Origin: an uncultured Gemmatimonadales bacterium | Lineage (GTDB): Bacteria > Gemmatimonadota > Gemmatimonadetes > Gemmatimonadales > GWC2-71-9 | Direction: 5' to 3' | NCBI GenBank assembly: GCA_963728915.1 | Contig: CAVSLV010000001.1 | Span: 1,659,480-1,723,479, forward strand | DNA: 64,000 nucleotides | Shown: piece by piece, positions 54,734 to 64,000 of the stretch | How the letters are laid out: each line of letters opens with the position of its first letter | Numbering within the stretch: the first letter of the stretch is position 1 | Notes under the pieces: model-generated | The model's database searches: none | Seen by the model: only the letters and a program-made list of their open reading frames with translations | Told to the model about the DNA's origin: nothing | Made by a program: the position numbers and the translations under genes

Positions 54734-55886
54734 TAGTGTTGTGTCCCATTAATGAGTGATACATATTTAGCAGCGTCCCTTTCGAGAGCGCTGCCATGCC
54801 GCGAGGTCGAGTTGCGGGCTTTACCCTGGTGTTGTCGGACGCGGAACAGGCCGAGCTCGAGCGGATCCTGCGATCCCCTTCGATGCCTGCAGGGCTCACC
54901 CGTCGGGCGGAGATCGTGCTCCGCTCTGCCGAAGGCGAAACGCACCGTGCGATCGCTGCCGCGGTGGGGGTGAGCTTGCCCTTGGTGGCCCACTGGCGCT
55001 CCCGGTTTCGCGATCACCGCCTCGCGGGCTTGTATGACGCGCCGCGGCCGGGCCGGCCCCGCACCCATGATGAGGAAGAAGTCGCGCGGCTGCTGCGGAC
55101 CGTGCTGCGCACCCGGCCGAAGGAGGCGACCCACTGGAGCGTGCGTGGCGTCGCCGAGAAGACGGGCATCAGCAAGAGCACCGTGCAGCGCTATTTCGCC
55201 CTCTTCGGGGTCCAGCCGCATCGGACCCGCAGCTTCAAGCTGTCGACGGATCCGTTTTTCGTGGAGAAGGTGCGGGATATCGTCGGTCTTTATCTGAATC
55301 CGCCCGATCACGCGCTGGTGTTGTGCGTCGACGAGAAGAGTCAGATCCAAGCGTTGGAGCGCACCCAGCCCAACTTGCCGATGGGGCTGGGATACGTGGA
55401 AGGTTTTACCCACGACTACACCCGGCATGGGACGACGACCCTCTTCGCGGCGCTGGACATTCAGAGCGGCGAGATCCTCACCCAGTGCAAGCGGCGCCAT
55501 CGGCATCAAGAGTTCCTCGCGTTCCTGCGCCATTTGGACACCAGCGTCCCCGCTGCTCTGGACGTGCATCTGGTCCTCGACAATTACGGCACGCACAAAC
55601 ACCCCGCCGTGAAAGCCTGGCTCGCGCGCCGACCCCGATACCACGTGCACTTCACACCGACCTACGCCTCCTGGCTCAATCAAGTCGAGCGCTGGTTCGG
55701 CTTGATCACCCAGCGAGCCATTCGCCGGGGCTCCTTCCGCACCGTCCGCGAGCTCGTGCATCGCATCGATACCTTTGTCGCCCGCTACAACCGGACGGCG
55801 GCCCCTTTCGCGTGGACGGCAACGGCAGAATCGATCCTCAGCAAGATCGCCCGTATTGCACAAGCCATTAACGGGACGTCACACTA
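54734..55886 (+). mobile_element. IS630-family insertion sequence with TA target duplication
   Basis: Imperfect terminal IRs TA|GTGTTGTGTCCCATTAATG and (reverse complement) TA|GTGTGACGTCCCGTTAATG. TA at 54734-5 and 55885-6, in a CTAG context. Confidence 0.93.
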
Positions 55887-55887
55887 G
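54796..55887 (+). CDS. IS630 family transposase
   Basis: [21 protein letters not shown] triad in [27 protein letters not shown]; intact ORF. Confidence 0.96.
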   Translation: MPRGRVAGFTLVLSDAEQAELERILRSPSMPAGLTRRAEIVLRSAEGETHRAIAAAVGVSLPLVAHWRSRFRDHRLAGLYDAPRPGRPRTHDEEEVARLLRTVLRTRPKEATHWSVRGVAEKTGISKSTVQRYFALFGVQPHRTRSFKLSTDPFFVEKVRDIVGLYLNPPDHALVLCVDEKSQIQALERTQPNLPMGLGYVEGFTHDYTRHGTTTLFAALDIQSGEILTQCKRRHRHQEFLAFLRHLDTSVPAALDVHLVLDNYGTHKHPAVKAWLARRPRYHVHFTPTYASWLNQVERWFGLITQRAIRRGSFRTVRELVHRIDTFVARYNRTAAPFAWTATAESILSKIARIAQAINGTSH

Positions 55888-56129
55888 GTGTAGTTATACG
55901 CCGTTCCATACTGGAGGTAGCGCTGATCGTTGAAGTACACACCCGGAAACTGTGCGGTCATCATATATGCCTTTGCCTCATCGGGATGAAACGAATGAGT
56001 AAAAGGCAGTAGAGGCGTGCCCCAGGCTATGGTTGCTATCCGCAGGGCGAAAGCGATGAACAGCAAGGCGCACCACCAAGCCACAGGAATGCTCTCGGTT
56101 GCTCTAGGCTGTGCGAGCGAGCGACGCAT
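55887..56129 (-). pseudogene. GT39-like glycosyltransferase, 5' part (interrupted by IS630)
   Basis: TM helix ..AFALRI..WG then FHPDE (GT-C first-loop DE motif); ends at the IS boundary. Confidence 0.75.
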
Positions 56130-56231
56130 GGAGTCCTCTATGAGAGGCAAGGCCGTCCCACGGGCATGGGCATCAACTCCGAAGTAGCGCCTGTTTGCTG
56201 ATCAAGCACCGGTAACCTTCCGGCCACGCCA

Positions 56232-57581
56232 TCAAGGCGGAGGTGAGTCGTCGTTGCTCGGCGTGGTGTCCAAGAATACGGAATCAGCGATGAAGCTTGC
56301 GACGACTGCATGACCGTGATTGTTGAGATGGGTGTCGTCACGCCAGTACAATAGCTCGCTCGCGGCATCGTAAAGCCGATATGCCTCATCCAGTATGGCG
56401 GGCTTGGTGTTTAGGCAGCGAACGTGCGCTCGGCCACAGGCAGCGAACAGCGCCTGGGCAAAGCCGGAATCCAGACGATCACTCCCCCGGCGACTTCGTT
56501 CCTCGAGAATCCAGCGGTATACCTCTTCCTTGGCAGGAATAACCACGATCGTCAAGGAAAGCCCCCAGTCCTGAACCCGTGCTGCCATCTCACGAATCGT
56601 TCGTTCGATTATTGGGAAGTGGGGATGCGCCTCCGCTTGGTCCTGATCCAGATTCACCTCCCGTCTGTACCAGTCACGGAAGAGAATCGGCAATCCATTC
56701 GGAAGCGCGCGACGGATCGGCATCTCAGGTGAGGACGGACCGAAGAGCGCACCGTGCGCGGCGAGCAGCAAGGCTCGGATGGGGGAGAGGTTGCGGAAAT
56801 TACGGTACTTCACCGTCCAGGCGCGAACGCCGGTGCGCCAAGGAAGAGTGCTCGGGTCCCAACCCAGGTTGGGATGGACATCAAACAAGTCGTTGCCGGT
56901 GAAGAGCACCCAGACGACGTGGGCGTTCTCTTGTAATTGAAGGCTGGTGCGCTCGGCCAGGAGATTCAGATATTCACTATACGGATTAGCGGGGAATGAA
57001 AGGCTGTAAACTCGCTTGCCGGTCATTCGCGCCAGACGCACCGGGAATATGCTGTCCTGGGTTGTTCCGAGACCGGCGCCGAAGGAGTCCCCGAGGACCA
57101 CTACGTCGATGGGTTTGGACGATGACGCATTACGGAACCCAAGCCGATCGGTCTCGAACCTGACAAAGCGATTCTCTCGAACGGCTCGATCGCCGGCCAT
57201 CCCTGCCAGATCTCCGAATGAATTGCCGTGGACACGCACGTTGGCCGGCCAACGGGGAAGATTGGGAAGGCGAGGTAGCACAACCTGCGGGAGCGCAGCT
57301 GGGTAAGGATAGAGGAACCGAAGGCCGAGGTCGAACCCAACCAGCGTGAGTAGACCCATCCCGAGCATGGTCAGCAGCACCCGAATCCACCGGAGCTTGG
57401 GGAGTACCAAGCACGCCACAATGGGAATGACGAAAAGCAGCACCAGTTTCGGTCTTGCAAGGATCACCGAGTCGTCCGCCTGGAACCAGGCAAGCCAGGG
57501 CGTATCAAGTATCCCTTCGCAGAATATGGCCAGAACGGAGAGGGTCCCGAATACGACCGGAAAAACGTTCCTGCGACTCAT
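56232..57581 (-). CDS. AlgX/AlgJ-like SGNH O-acyltransferase, paralog of 35203..36570
   Basis: LGDSFGAGLGTTQDSIF is identical in the paralog; FTGND; YWRDDTHLN. Confidence 0.83.
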   Translation of the reverse strand: MSRRNVFPVVFGTLSVLAIFCEGILDTPWLAWFQADDSVILARPKLVLLFVIPIVACLVLPKLRWIRVLLTMLGMGLLTLVGFDLGLRFLYPYPAALPQVVLPRLPNLPRWPANVRVHGNSFGDLAGMAGDRAVRENRFVRFETDRLGFRNASSSKPIDVVVLGDSFGAGLGTTQDSIFPVRLARMTGKRVYSLSFPANPYSEYLNLLAERTSLQLQENAHVVWVLFTGNDLFDVHPNLGWDPSTLPWRTGVRAWTVKYRNFRNLSPIRALLLAAHGALFGPSSPEMPIRRALPNGLPILFRDWYRREVNLDQDQAEAHPHFPIIERTIREMAARVQDWGLSLTIVVIPAKEEVYRWILEERSRRGSDRLDSGFAQALFAACGRAHVRCLNTKPAILDEAYRLYDAASELLYWRDDTHLNNHGHAVVASFIADSVFLDTTPSNDDSPPP

Positions 57582-57857
57582 GAACGGCTCCTATCCCCTG
57601 AACGATTGCCTCTCGTTTGGAAAATGTCTTTGACTTCCCCGAATGGTAGAAACCCGCGCGGAAGCTCTTTTGCCCGGGCTCACATTTCCTAAGTCCTCCC
57701 ATTCGGCCCCACTTGATTGGCGAGGAGCAACAAACCGACATCACGGCGCATCTTGATCATCCTGACCAAAACGGGTACCCATTCGTCGGGGGTCGCGGGA
57801 ATAAGAGGACCACCGGAAGTTCGGCGAATCTCACCCCGATGTCCGGATTCGATCAAG

Positions 57858-58748
57858 TCAAAGCAGAGGAAATCCTCTGGAGGACTCCGCTAGCAGGGTT
57901 CTCAGATATTCCCCGTAGCCACTGCCCGGCGCTTGGTCGGCAAGTTGCTCCAGCTGTCCGTCGTCAATGAACCCCATCCGCCAGGCGATCTCCTCGGGGC
58001 ACCCAATCTTGACTCCGGTGCGCTTCTCCAAAGTCTGAATGAAAGTGGACGCATCCTGGAGGGAATCATGAGTGCCCGTATCAAGCCACGCGGTCCCCCG
58101 CCCCAAGAGCTCAAGACGCAGTTCTCCACGGCGAAGGTATTCGCGGTTCACATCCGTGATTTCGTATTCCCCGCGGGCCGACCGGGGCAGGGTCGACGCG
58201 ATCTCCACCACATCCGAGTCGTAAAAATACAAGCCGGTAACGGCATAATTGGATCTTGGAGCGGCGGGCTTTTCCTCCAGGCTCAGCACCCTTCCGGTGG
58301 CGTCGACCTCGGCAACCCCGTAGCGTTCTGGGTCGTGCACTCGGTATCCAAAAACTGTGGCTCCTCGATTTCGTGCGGCGACCTCCTGCAGATTGGTACC
58401 GAGTCCTTGCCCGAAGAACACGTTGTCCCCCAGCACCAAGGCGGAGCAATTATTCCCGATGAATGAACGCCCAATCACGAACGCCTGGGCCAGTCCCTCC
58501 GGCCTGGCTTGCACAGCATACTGGAGATTCACCCCCCAGCGCGCTCCGTTTCCCAGCAGTTCTTCGAACCGAGGCAGATCAGAGGGGGTGGAGATCAGGA
58601 GAAAGTCCCTCAAGCCCGCCAGCATGAGTGTGCTCAGCGGATAGTAGATCATCGGCTTGTCGTAGAGGGGCAGCAGCTGTTTGCTGATGACCTGGGTGAC
58701 CGGGTACAGTCGGGTCCCCGCGCCGCCAGCGAGAATGATCCCTTTCAA
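57858..58748 (-). CDS. rfbA: Glucose-1-phosphate thymidylyltransferase
   Basis: TTG start after [48 protein letters not shown]. Confidence 0.96.
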   Translation of the reverse strand: MKGIILAGGAGTRLYPVTQVISKQLLPLYDKPMIYYPLSTLMLAGLRDFLLISTPSDLPRFEELLGNGARWGVNLQYAVQARPEGLAQAFVIGRSFIGNNCSALVLGDNVFFGQGLGTNLQEVAARNRGATVFGYRVHDPERYGVAEVDATGRVLSLEEKPAAPRSNYAVTGLYFYDSDVVEIASTLPRSARGEYEITDVNREYLRRGELRLELLGRGTAWLDTGTHDSLQDASTFIQTLEKRTGVKIGCPEEIAWRMGFIDDGQLEQLADQAPGSGYGEYLRTLLAESSRGFPLL

Positions 58749-59271
58749 CTCCGCACCTCCCTCCTCTCTCGCTTCGGTCCTTCCGGGCTCGCAAGTTCTC
58801 GAAGCGGGCTGAGTCCAAATAGCCGAGGTTTTCAAGATTCCGGGCAGAAACTAGTCTCTTGGATACCTCATGGTGTCCGCTCAAGCCGGGGAGTCACTCA
58901 GGCCTGGGCTAAGCACGGCATATTCAGCCATCAATGTTGCATCCTTGCAGCAGGAAGACGCGTTTCTAGGCCAAGCCTCGTCGGTCTAAGGCTTCTGTAC
59001 CCAGAGCCGCGCCCAAGTGTGAACCGATCGCAAATTTCGCGCTTGGTCCGATCATTCCTACTCACGGCGTCAATGCCGCATTCGCGGTCGAGATCTTCGG
59101 TCTCAAGGTTTCCCCTGACCTCAGGCCGGTTTTAGATTCCTATGTTGCAACAACACAACAGAGGGGCCGTGCTCCCACGAGCATATTGCTTGCTATCGTG
59201 GAGGCGTCCACAAACCACCCAGACAGCTGGATTGTCGCCGAATATGGAGCCCCAGACCTGACCCCAGACCG

Positions 59272-59616
59272 ATGCCGTATGGCGACTTCGGCGACGTGCG
59301 CCCGTACCTTCAGGTGGCGACTCTCCTCGTATTGTCCTCCGACAAGGATGGGTTGCCTCTCTCCATCGTTGAGGCGATGGCGATGGGCGTGGCCTGTGTC
59401 TCGACGGATCTGGGAGGCGCCCGGGAGTTCGTGCTGGACGGGAAGACCGGCCTCTTGATAAGTCCCGGCGATCGCCATGCGCTCACTCGCGCCGTCGAGC
59501 ATCTGCTCCAGCACGAGGAGGAACGGCGGCTCATGGGGAGGGAAGGCCGGCGCCTGGTGGCCGAGCGCTTTGCCGCCGAGAATTCCATGGATCAGTACCG
59601 GACGCTGCTGGCATGA
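59272..59616 (+). pseudogene. C-terminal fragment of a GT4 glycosyltransferase
   Basis: DVRPYL..LSSDKDGLPLSIVEAMAMGVACVSTDLGG; no N-terminal domain is recognisable upstream. Confidence 0.75.
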
Positions 59617-60569
59617 CACCACCCCCCACCATTTCCGTCGTCGTGCCGGTGATGAACGAGGAGCCGAATATTCGGCCCCTGGTCGACGCGGTACGCTCAG
59701 CCCTGGACCGGAGCGAGCGCAGCCGGGGCTGGGAACTCATCCTGGTGGACGACGGGAGCAGCGATGGGACCTCAACCGAGGTCCGAAGTTGCGCTCGGGA
59801 GGATCCCAGAATTCGTCTGGTCCGGCTGGCGAGAAACTACGGTCAAACCTCCGCGATGCAGGCAGGCTTCGACCACGCGGCCGGGCAGGTCGTCGTGAGC
59901 ATGGACGGAGACCTACAGAATGACCCGGCCGATATCCCCGCCCTTCTCGCCAAAATCGACGAGGGCTTCGATCTCGTGGCCGGCTATCGCCTGAAGCGTC
60001 AGGATGCCTTGCTGAGCAGGAAGGTCCCTTCCTGGGCGGCCAATCGAATGATTCGATGGGTGACCGGTGTCAGCATCCGGGACAACGGGTGCTCGCTCAA
60101 GGCCTACCGGCGCGAGCTCATCGAGCGCATGTCATTGTACTCGGACCTGCACCGGTTCATTCCTGCCGTCGCGGCGGCCACCGCGGGCGCTCGCATCGCG
60201 GAGGTCGGGGTACGGCATCACGCCAGGCAACAGGGCCGGAGCAAATACGGTATCTCCCGGGTGCTCAAGGTCCTCGGAGACCTGCTCACCATCAAGATGA
60301 TTCGCTCGTTCCGGGAGCGGCCGCTTCGCCTGTTCGGAACCGGTGCGGCGATTTCCGCCGTGGTGAGTGCGGCCTTCGCGGCCGCCGCGGTCTACTCCCT
60401 GCTGGCGTTCCGCGCTTCCAAGGCCGCAGCGCTGATCCTCCCGGGCGCCGCGGGGCTATGGCTGGCGCTGAGCTGCTATCTGATCATGCTGGGCTTGATC
60501 GCCGAAGAAGCCCTTCGGACCGCCCGCATGGAATCGCCGGAGCTCGGACCGATTGCCCACCACGACTGA
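59613..60569 (+). CDS. GT2, polyprenol-phosphate glycosyltransferase (ArnC/DPM1-like)
   Basis: VVPVMNEE, VDDGSSD, RNYGQTSAM, MDGDLQNDP, DNGCSLKAYR, SKYG; two C-terminal TM helices. Confidence 0.92.
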   Translation: MTPPPTISVVVPVMNEEPNIRPLVDAVRSALDRSERSRGWELILVDDGSSDGTSTEVRSCAREDPRIRLVRLARNYGQTSAMQAGFDHAAGQVVVSMDGDLQNDPADIPALLAKIDEGFDLVAGYRLKRQDALLSRKVPSWAANRMIRWVTGVSIRDNGCSLKAYRRELIERMSLYSDLHRFIPAVAAATAGARIAEVGVRHHARQQGRSKYGISRVLKVLGDLLTIKMIRSFRERPLRLFGTGAAISAVVSAAFAAAAVYSLLAFRASKAAALILPGAAGLWLALSCYLIMLGLIAEEALRTARMESPELGPIAHHD

Positions 60570-61515
60570 CCCGGCTGGGTCCTCTCCAGACCTCACCCTT
60601 CTCGTTCTCGTCAGCGAACGACCCGGGCCGCTGACCGAGCTGCTTGGTGAGTGGGTGAGGCCGCTTACGGCTCGCTGCGGATTGGTCGAGTGCATCGTCG
60701 CGGTGGAGCCCGGGCTCAAATATCTAACGGAAGAAGTCCGGCAAACCGGGCTGGGCGACATTCCGGTGAGCGTTCTCGTGTCGGCCTATTCGATCGGGGA
60801 GACCGGCTTGGTCCGGATGGCTCTACCGTACTGCCAAGCCCCGCGAATCCTGCTCATGTCAGCGTACCATCGCGTCGTCCCCGACTCCCTTCCGGACCTG
60901 GTTCAGGCGCTCGATGACGCCGACTTGGTCGTGGCGAGACGATGGCCCCGGAAGGATTCCTGGGCGAGTCATCTCCAGGGGCGCCTGTTCCATCGCGCTG
61001 TCCGGTTCCTTACCGGAAGCCAGTTCCACGACATCGGATCGGGAGTACGATCGGCTCGACGGGAGGTCCTCCAGGAGATGCCCCTGTACGGGGATTACTA
61101 CCGATTCCTTCCGGTCCTTGCCGTGAGGGACGGTTTTCGGGTAGTCGAGCGAGACTGCCCCCAGCATCCGGGTGACGCCGGTGCGCGGATCTACCAGCCC
61201 GGCATCTATCTGAGGCGGTTGGTCGACATCCTGGGTCTGTATTTCCTGGTCAAGTTCACTCAGCGACCCCTGCGGTTCTTCGGCCTGATTGGCAGTGCCC
61301 TCTTCTTCCTCGGGGCCCTGGTGACGGGCATCGTTGCCCTTCAACGGGCCGGAGGACAGGGGCTCGCCGACCGGCCACTGCTGCTGTTCGGCGTGCTCCT
61401 CATTGTGCTGGGGGTCCAGGCGGTGGCCCTCGGGCTGGTCGGAGAGATCATCGTTCACTTCCAAGCGGGCCGGTTCAAGCACTACCGCGTGGCGAGCTGG
61501 CGAGAAAAGGATTGA
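60553..61515 (+). CDS. Degenerate ArnC/DPM1-like GT2 paralog
   Basis: Same C-terminal architecture (DIGSGVR, LYGDYYRFLPVLA, RPLRFFG, two TM helices), but the DDGS and DxD motifs are absent. Confidence 0.75.
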   Translation: MPTTTDPAGSSPDLTLLVLVSERPGPLTELLGEWVRPLTARCGLVECIVAVEPGLKYLTEEVRQTGLGDIPVSVLVSAYSIGETGLVRMALPYCQAPRILLMSAYHRVVPDSLPDLVQALDDADLVVARRWPRKDSWASHLQGRLFHRAVRFLTGSQFHDIGSGVRSARREVLQEMPLYGDYYRFLPVLAVRDGFRVVERDCPQHPGDAGARIYQPGIYLRRLVDILGLYFLVKFTQRPLRFFGLIGSALFFLGALVTGIVALQRAGGQGLADRPLLLFGVLLIVLGVQAVALGLVGEIIVHFQAGRFKHYRVASWREKD

Positions 61516-62801
61516 CCAGGGAAACGATGGCGCGCATTCCCGCTGTCGTTCTAGGGTTGAATCCGAACGCGCTCGGAACGATCCGGGCGCTCGCGGCACG
61601 GCGGATACCAGTCATCGCGGCGGATCAACGGCCCGCCGGCTGGGCCGACACTCATCGGTGGATGAGCAGCCGGACCCGCTTGTGCCAGAAGCTCTTCTAC
61701 TCTGCCTCGGCGACCGGCGACGCCCTGCTCGATCTGCTCGTCGAACTTGGACCAACGCTACCCGGTCCCGCGCCGGTTCTTCCGAGCGGCGATGCCGAGC
61801 TCCTGTTGCTCGCGCGCCACGAGGCCTTGCTGAAACGGTGGTACCGGTTTCATGTACCGCCACCAGAGCATCTTCGTCTCTTTGTTGAGAAGCGCGGCTT
61901 CCACGAATTCGCACGGAATGCGGGGGTTCCGATTCCCGCGACGATCGCTCCGCTGACAAACGATCGGATCGACGAGGCTGCCCGTACGATGCGGTTTCCC
62001 TGTGTCCTGAAGCCGGAGTTTCGAGACCATCAGTGGGATGACCTCTTCGCGCCTCGCAAGGGTCTGGGTGTCGAGAGCGCGGCGGCGCTGCGCGACGCCT
62101 TCACTGAAGCGACCCGCTCCGGTACCTCCCTGATGCTGCAAGAATCCATCCCTGGCGCCGATTCGGAGCTGCACTTCACACACGGGTACTTTGATCGTGA
62201 CGGGAATCCGGTTGCGATGTGGACCGGCCGGAAGATCCGTCAGCTACCAATCCATTACGGTACCACCACGCTGGCGGAAACTGTACCGATCGCCGCGATT
62301 GTCGACCATACGCTGCGGCTGATGCAGCCGCTCGGGCATCGAGGATACGTCAGTGTGGAGTTCAAACGTGACCCACGCGATGGGGCGTTCCGCGTGCTGG
62401 AGGCAACGGTCGGACGAACCTGGTATCCGCATTACCTCGGCGTCGTCGCAGGGGTGAACATTCCCGAACTCTGGTATCATGATCTCCTCGATATTGCCCG
62501 GCCTGCCCAGCCAGCGCCGAGCGTGCCAGGGCCATTTCCTCGCTCGGAGGTTCGGTACGGTGTCCGATGGGTTGACGAATACCGGGATCTTGTCGCCGCC
62601 ATGGAGTACCGCCGCGCCGGCGAACTGACAATCAGGGGCTGGATCGCCTCGCTCTTCGGTATTCGGGGGGCTGCGCTCGCAGCGTGGCGTGACCCGATGC
62701 CGTTTCTCTACATGGTTTTCCGGCTAGGGATCTCGGTTCGAAACGCGGTCATGCGGCGGGCCCAGTTCATCCGTGGCCGGCCTCCTCGAGCGGATCACTG
62801 A
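61512..62801 (+). CDS. ATP-grasp carboxylate-amine ligase (D-aspartate ligase-like)
   Basis: LGTIRALA, FPCVLKP, LQESIPG, KIRQLP..GT, SVEFKRDPRDG..LE, GVNIP. Alternative start at ATG 61527. Confidence 0.85.
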   Translation: MTRETMARIPAVVLGLNPNALGTIRALAARRIPVIAADQRPAGWADTHRWMSSRTRLCQKLFYSASATGDALLDLLVELGPTLPGPAPVLPSGDAELLLLARHEALLKRWYRFHVPPPEHLRLFVEKRGFHEFARNAGVPIPATIAPLTNDRIDEAARTMRFPCVLKPEFRDHQWDDLFAPRKGLGVESAAALRDAFTEATRSGTSLMLQESIPGADSELHFTHGYFDRDGNPVAMWTGRKIRQLPIHYGTTTLAETVPIAAIVDHTLRLMQPLGHRGYVSVEFKRDPRDGAFRVLEATVGRTWYPHYLGVVAGVNIPELWYHDLLDIARPAQPAPSVPGPFPRSEVRYGVRWVDEYRDLVAAMEYRRAGELTIRGWIASLFGIRGAALAAWRDPMPFLYMVFRLGISVRNAVMRRAQFIRGRPPRADH

Positions 62802-62928
62802 CACGGTCGTCACCGCCGAGGAACTACTGGGCATAACTCTTGCTCTTGATGTACTCTTTGCCTCGAATCGGGTGCGGTAGTGGCCTGGCCGGCGCCTCAA
62901 TCGTTCCAGCAGGAAAATGGAGAGTTTC

Positions 62929-64000
62929 ATGAGAGGGTCTAGTCACGCGGTCCTGACAATTGGCCGAGCGTCCTGCTGCGTTTTCCTTACGGCGTTGGCG
63001 GTCTTGATGGTCGAGGTCACTCTCATTCGCGTGTTTGATGTCATTCTGAATCCCAATCTGGGCTACATGGTGATCTCGGTGGCTTTGTTTGGCCTCGGGA
63101 TGGCCGGGATTTTCTCGGTGCTCCGCCCGCTCCGGGCGAGCCACCACTTACGGCTCAGCCTGATCCGGTATGCCTGTGGATTAGGAATGGCCGTCGTCGT
63201 CCTCGTCCCCGGCCTCAATCTCCTTCCCTTCCGATACGAAGAGGTATTCCAGCACCCCTTCTCGCAATTGCTGGCGTTCTCCGGGTTATGGCTCCTCATC
63301 ACGGCGCCTTTTTTCCTCGCCGGACTCATCCTGGTTCGGGTTTTCGCGGCAACTCCCAACCGTATTCACTGGCTGTATTTCGCTGATCTCCTGGGGGCTG
63401 GGATAGGGGCAGTCGTGCTGGTCCCGCTTCTGCCCCAGGTGGGACCAGGCGGAATTACGTTCCTGGCTGCCGCCCTGATGCTGGTCGCTGCAGCAAGTCT
63501 TGCCCAGGGACGAGCGGCGGTGATCTCGCTGTCGGTGTTGGTGGCCGGCCTCGGAACCGCCGCCTGGGCATATCCTCGCCATCTTCTGGATCTCAAGGCG
63601 CACTCGGACAAGCGCGGGGTGTTGAAGGCGCATCAAGAAGGTGCGGTTGAATTTGCCCGATGGGATCCCATCTCCGAGATCGAGGTTGTTGATCTGGCGG
63701 AGCCGATCAAGCTCGATACCGGCATTGCAATCATCCGCCGCAAACACATCGCCTACGACGGGGGGTCACAGAGCAGCCACTTCTATCCATTCGACGGCAA
63801 CTTCGCGAGGTTGCGTGCCGAGCTCGATTCGGGCACGGTCGGCGTCATTCAGAACAACTTCTGGAGCCGGGGCGTGCTCGCGGCGCACTACCTTCTTCGG
63901 GACCGACATCAGCGTGTGCTGGTCATCGGGAGCGCAGGGGGGCAGGAGGTACGCGGCTCTCGCCTACGGCGCGGGGCGGGTGGATGGTGTCGAGCTGGTC
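62929..64000 (+). CDS. Multi-TM spermidine-synthase/methyltransferase-like membrane protein (runs off the window; absent from the ORF track)
   Basis: Translated by hand: LMVEVTLIRVF..YMVISVALFGLG, PFFLAG, LYFADLLGAGIG, RWDPISEI, YDGG, VLVIGSAGGQEV. A probable frameshift near 63955 precedes LAYGAGRVDGVEL. Confidence 0.8.
   Translation, partial: MRGSSHAVLTIGRASCCVFLTALAVLMVEVTLIRVFDVILNPNLGYMVISVALFGLGMAGIFSVLRPLRASHHLRLSLIRYACGLGMAVVVLVPGLNLLPFRYEEVFQHPFSQLLAFSGLWLLITAPFFLAGLILVRVFAATPNRIHWLYFADLLGAGIGAVVLVPLLPQVGPGGITFLAAALMLVAAASLAQGRAAVISLSVLVAGLGTAAWAYPRHLLDLKAHSDKRGVLKAHQEGAVEFARWDPISEIEVVDLAEPIKLDTGIAIIRRKHIAYDGGSQSSHFYPFDGNFARLRAELDSGTVGVIQNNFWSRGVLAAHYLLRDRHQRVLVIGSAGGQEVRGSRLRRGAGGWCRAG

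Noticed and set aside
54733..55863. 376-aa antisense ORF across the IS630
   Set aside because: It is a shadow of the transposase with no independent support.
1..64000. CRISPR arrays, tRNA/rRNA genes, integrases, phage genes
   Set aside because: I saw no regularly spaced repeats, structural RNA signatures or recombinase motifs; this is a by-eye search only.

Overview
High-GC bacterial window; gene style suggests a soil lineage such as Gemmatimonadota, but that is inference only. Bases 1-27130 hold the downstream part of a translationally coupled cis-AT PKS/NRPS assembly line: [..KR-ACP] > [KS-AT-DH(dead)-cMT-KR-ACP] > [KS-AT-DH-KR-ACP] > [C-A(Thr)-T-C-A(Ser)-T] > [beta-hairpin docking-C-A(Gly)-T] > [KS-AT-KR-T]. 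No thioesterase or reductase is present, and the line runs directly into a membrane-anchored SGNH protein. The remainder (about 28.5-64 kb) is a large mosaic surface-polysaccharide locus. It contains a REC-degenerate GGDEF regulator, an OPX/SLBB exporter, a priming sugar transferase, many GT2/GT4 enzymes, AsnB, a carbamoyltransferase, two AlgX/AlgJ-like SGNH paralogs, a flippase, rmlA/rmlB, a sugar C-methyltransferase and aminotransferase, an ATP-grasp ligase, and an IS630 element inserted in a GT39-like gene. Many single-base frameshifts without internal stop codons look like long-read assembly errors. The best candidate for an undescribed system is a release-domain-free PKS/NRPS whose product may be transferred onto a cell-surface glycan by SGNH acyltransferases (Dlt/Alg-like logic). 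A possible loop-back between the last two modules is suggested by duplicated acidic docking tails.
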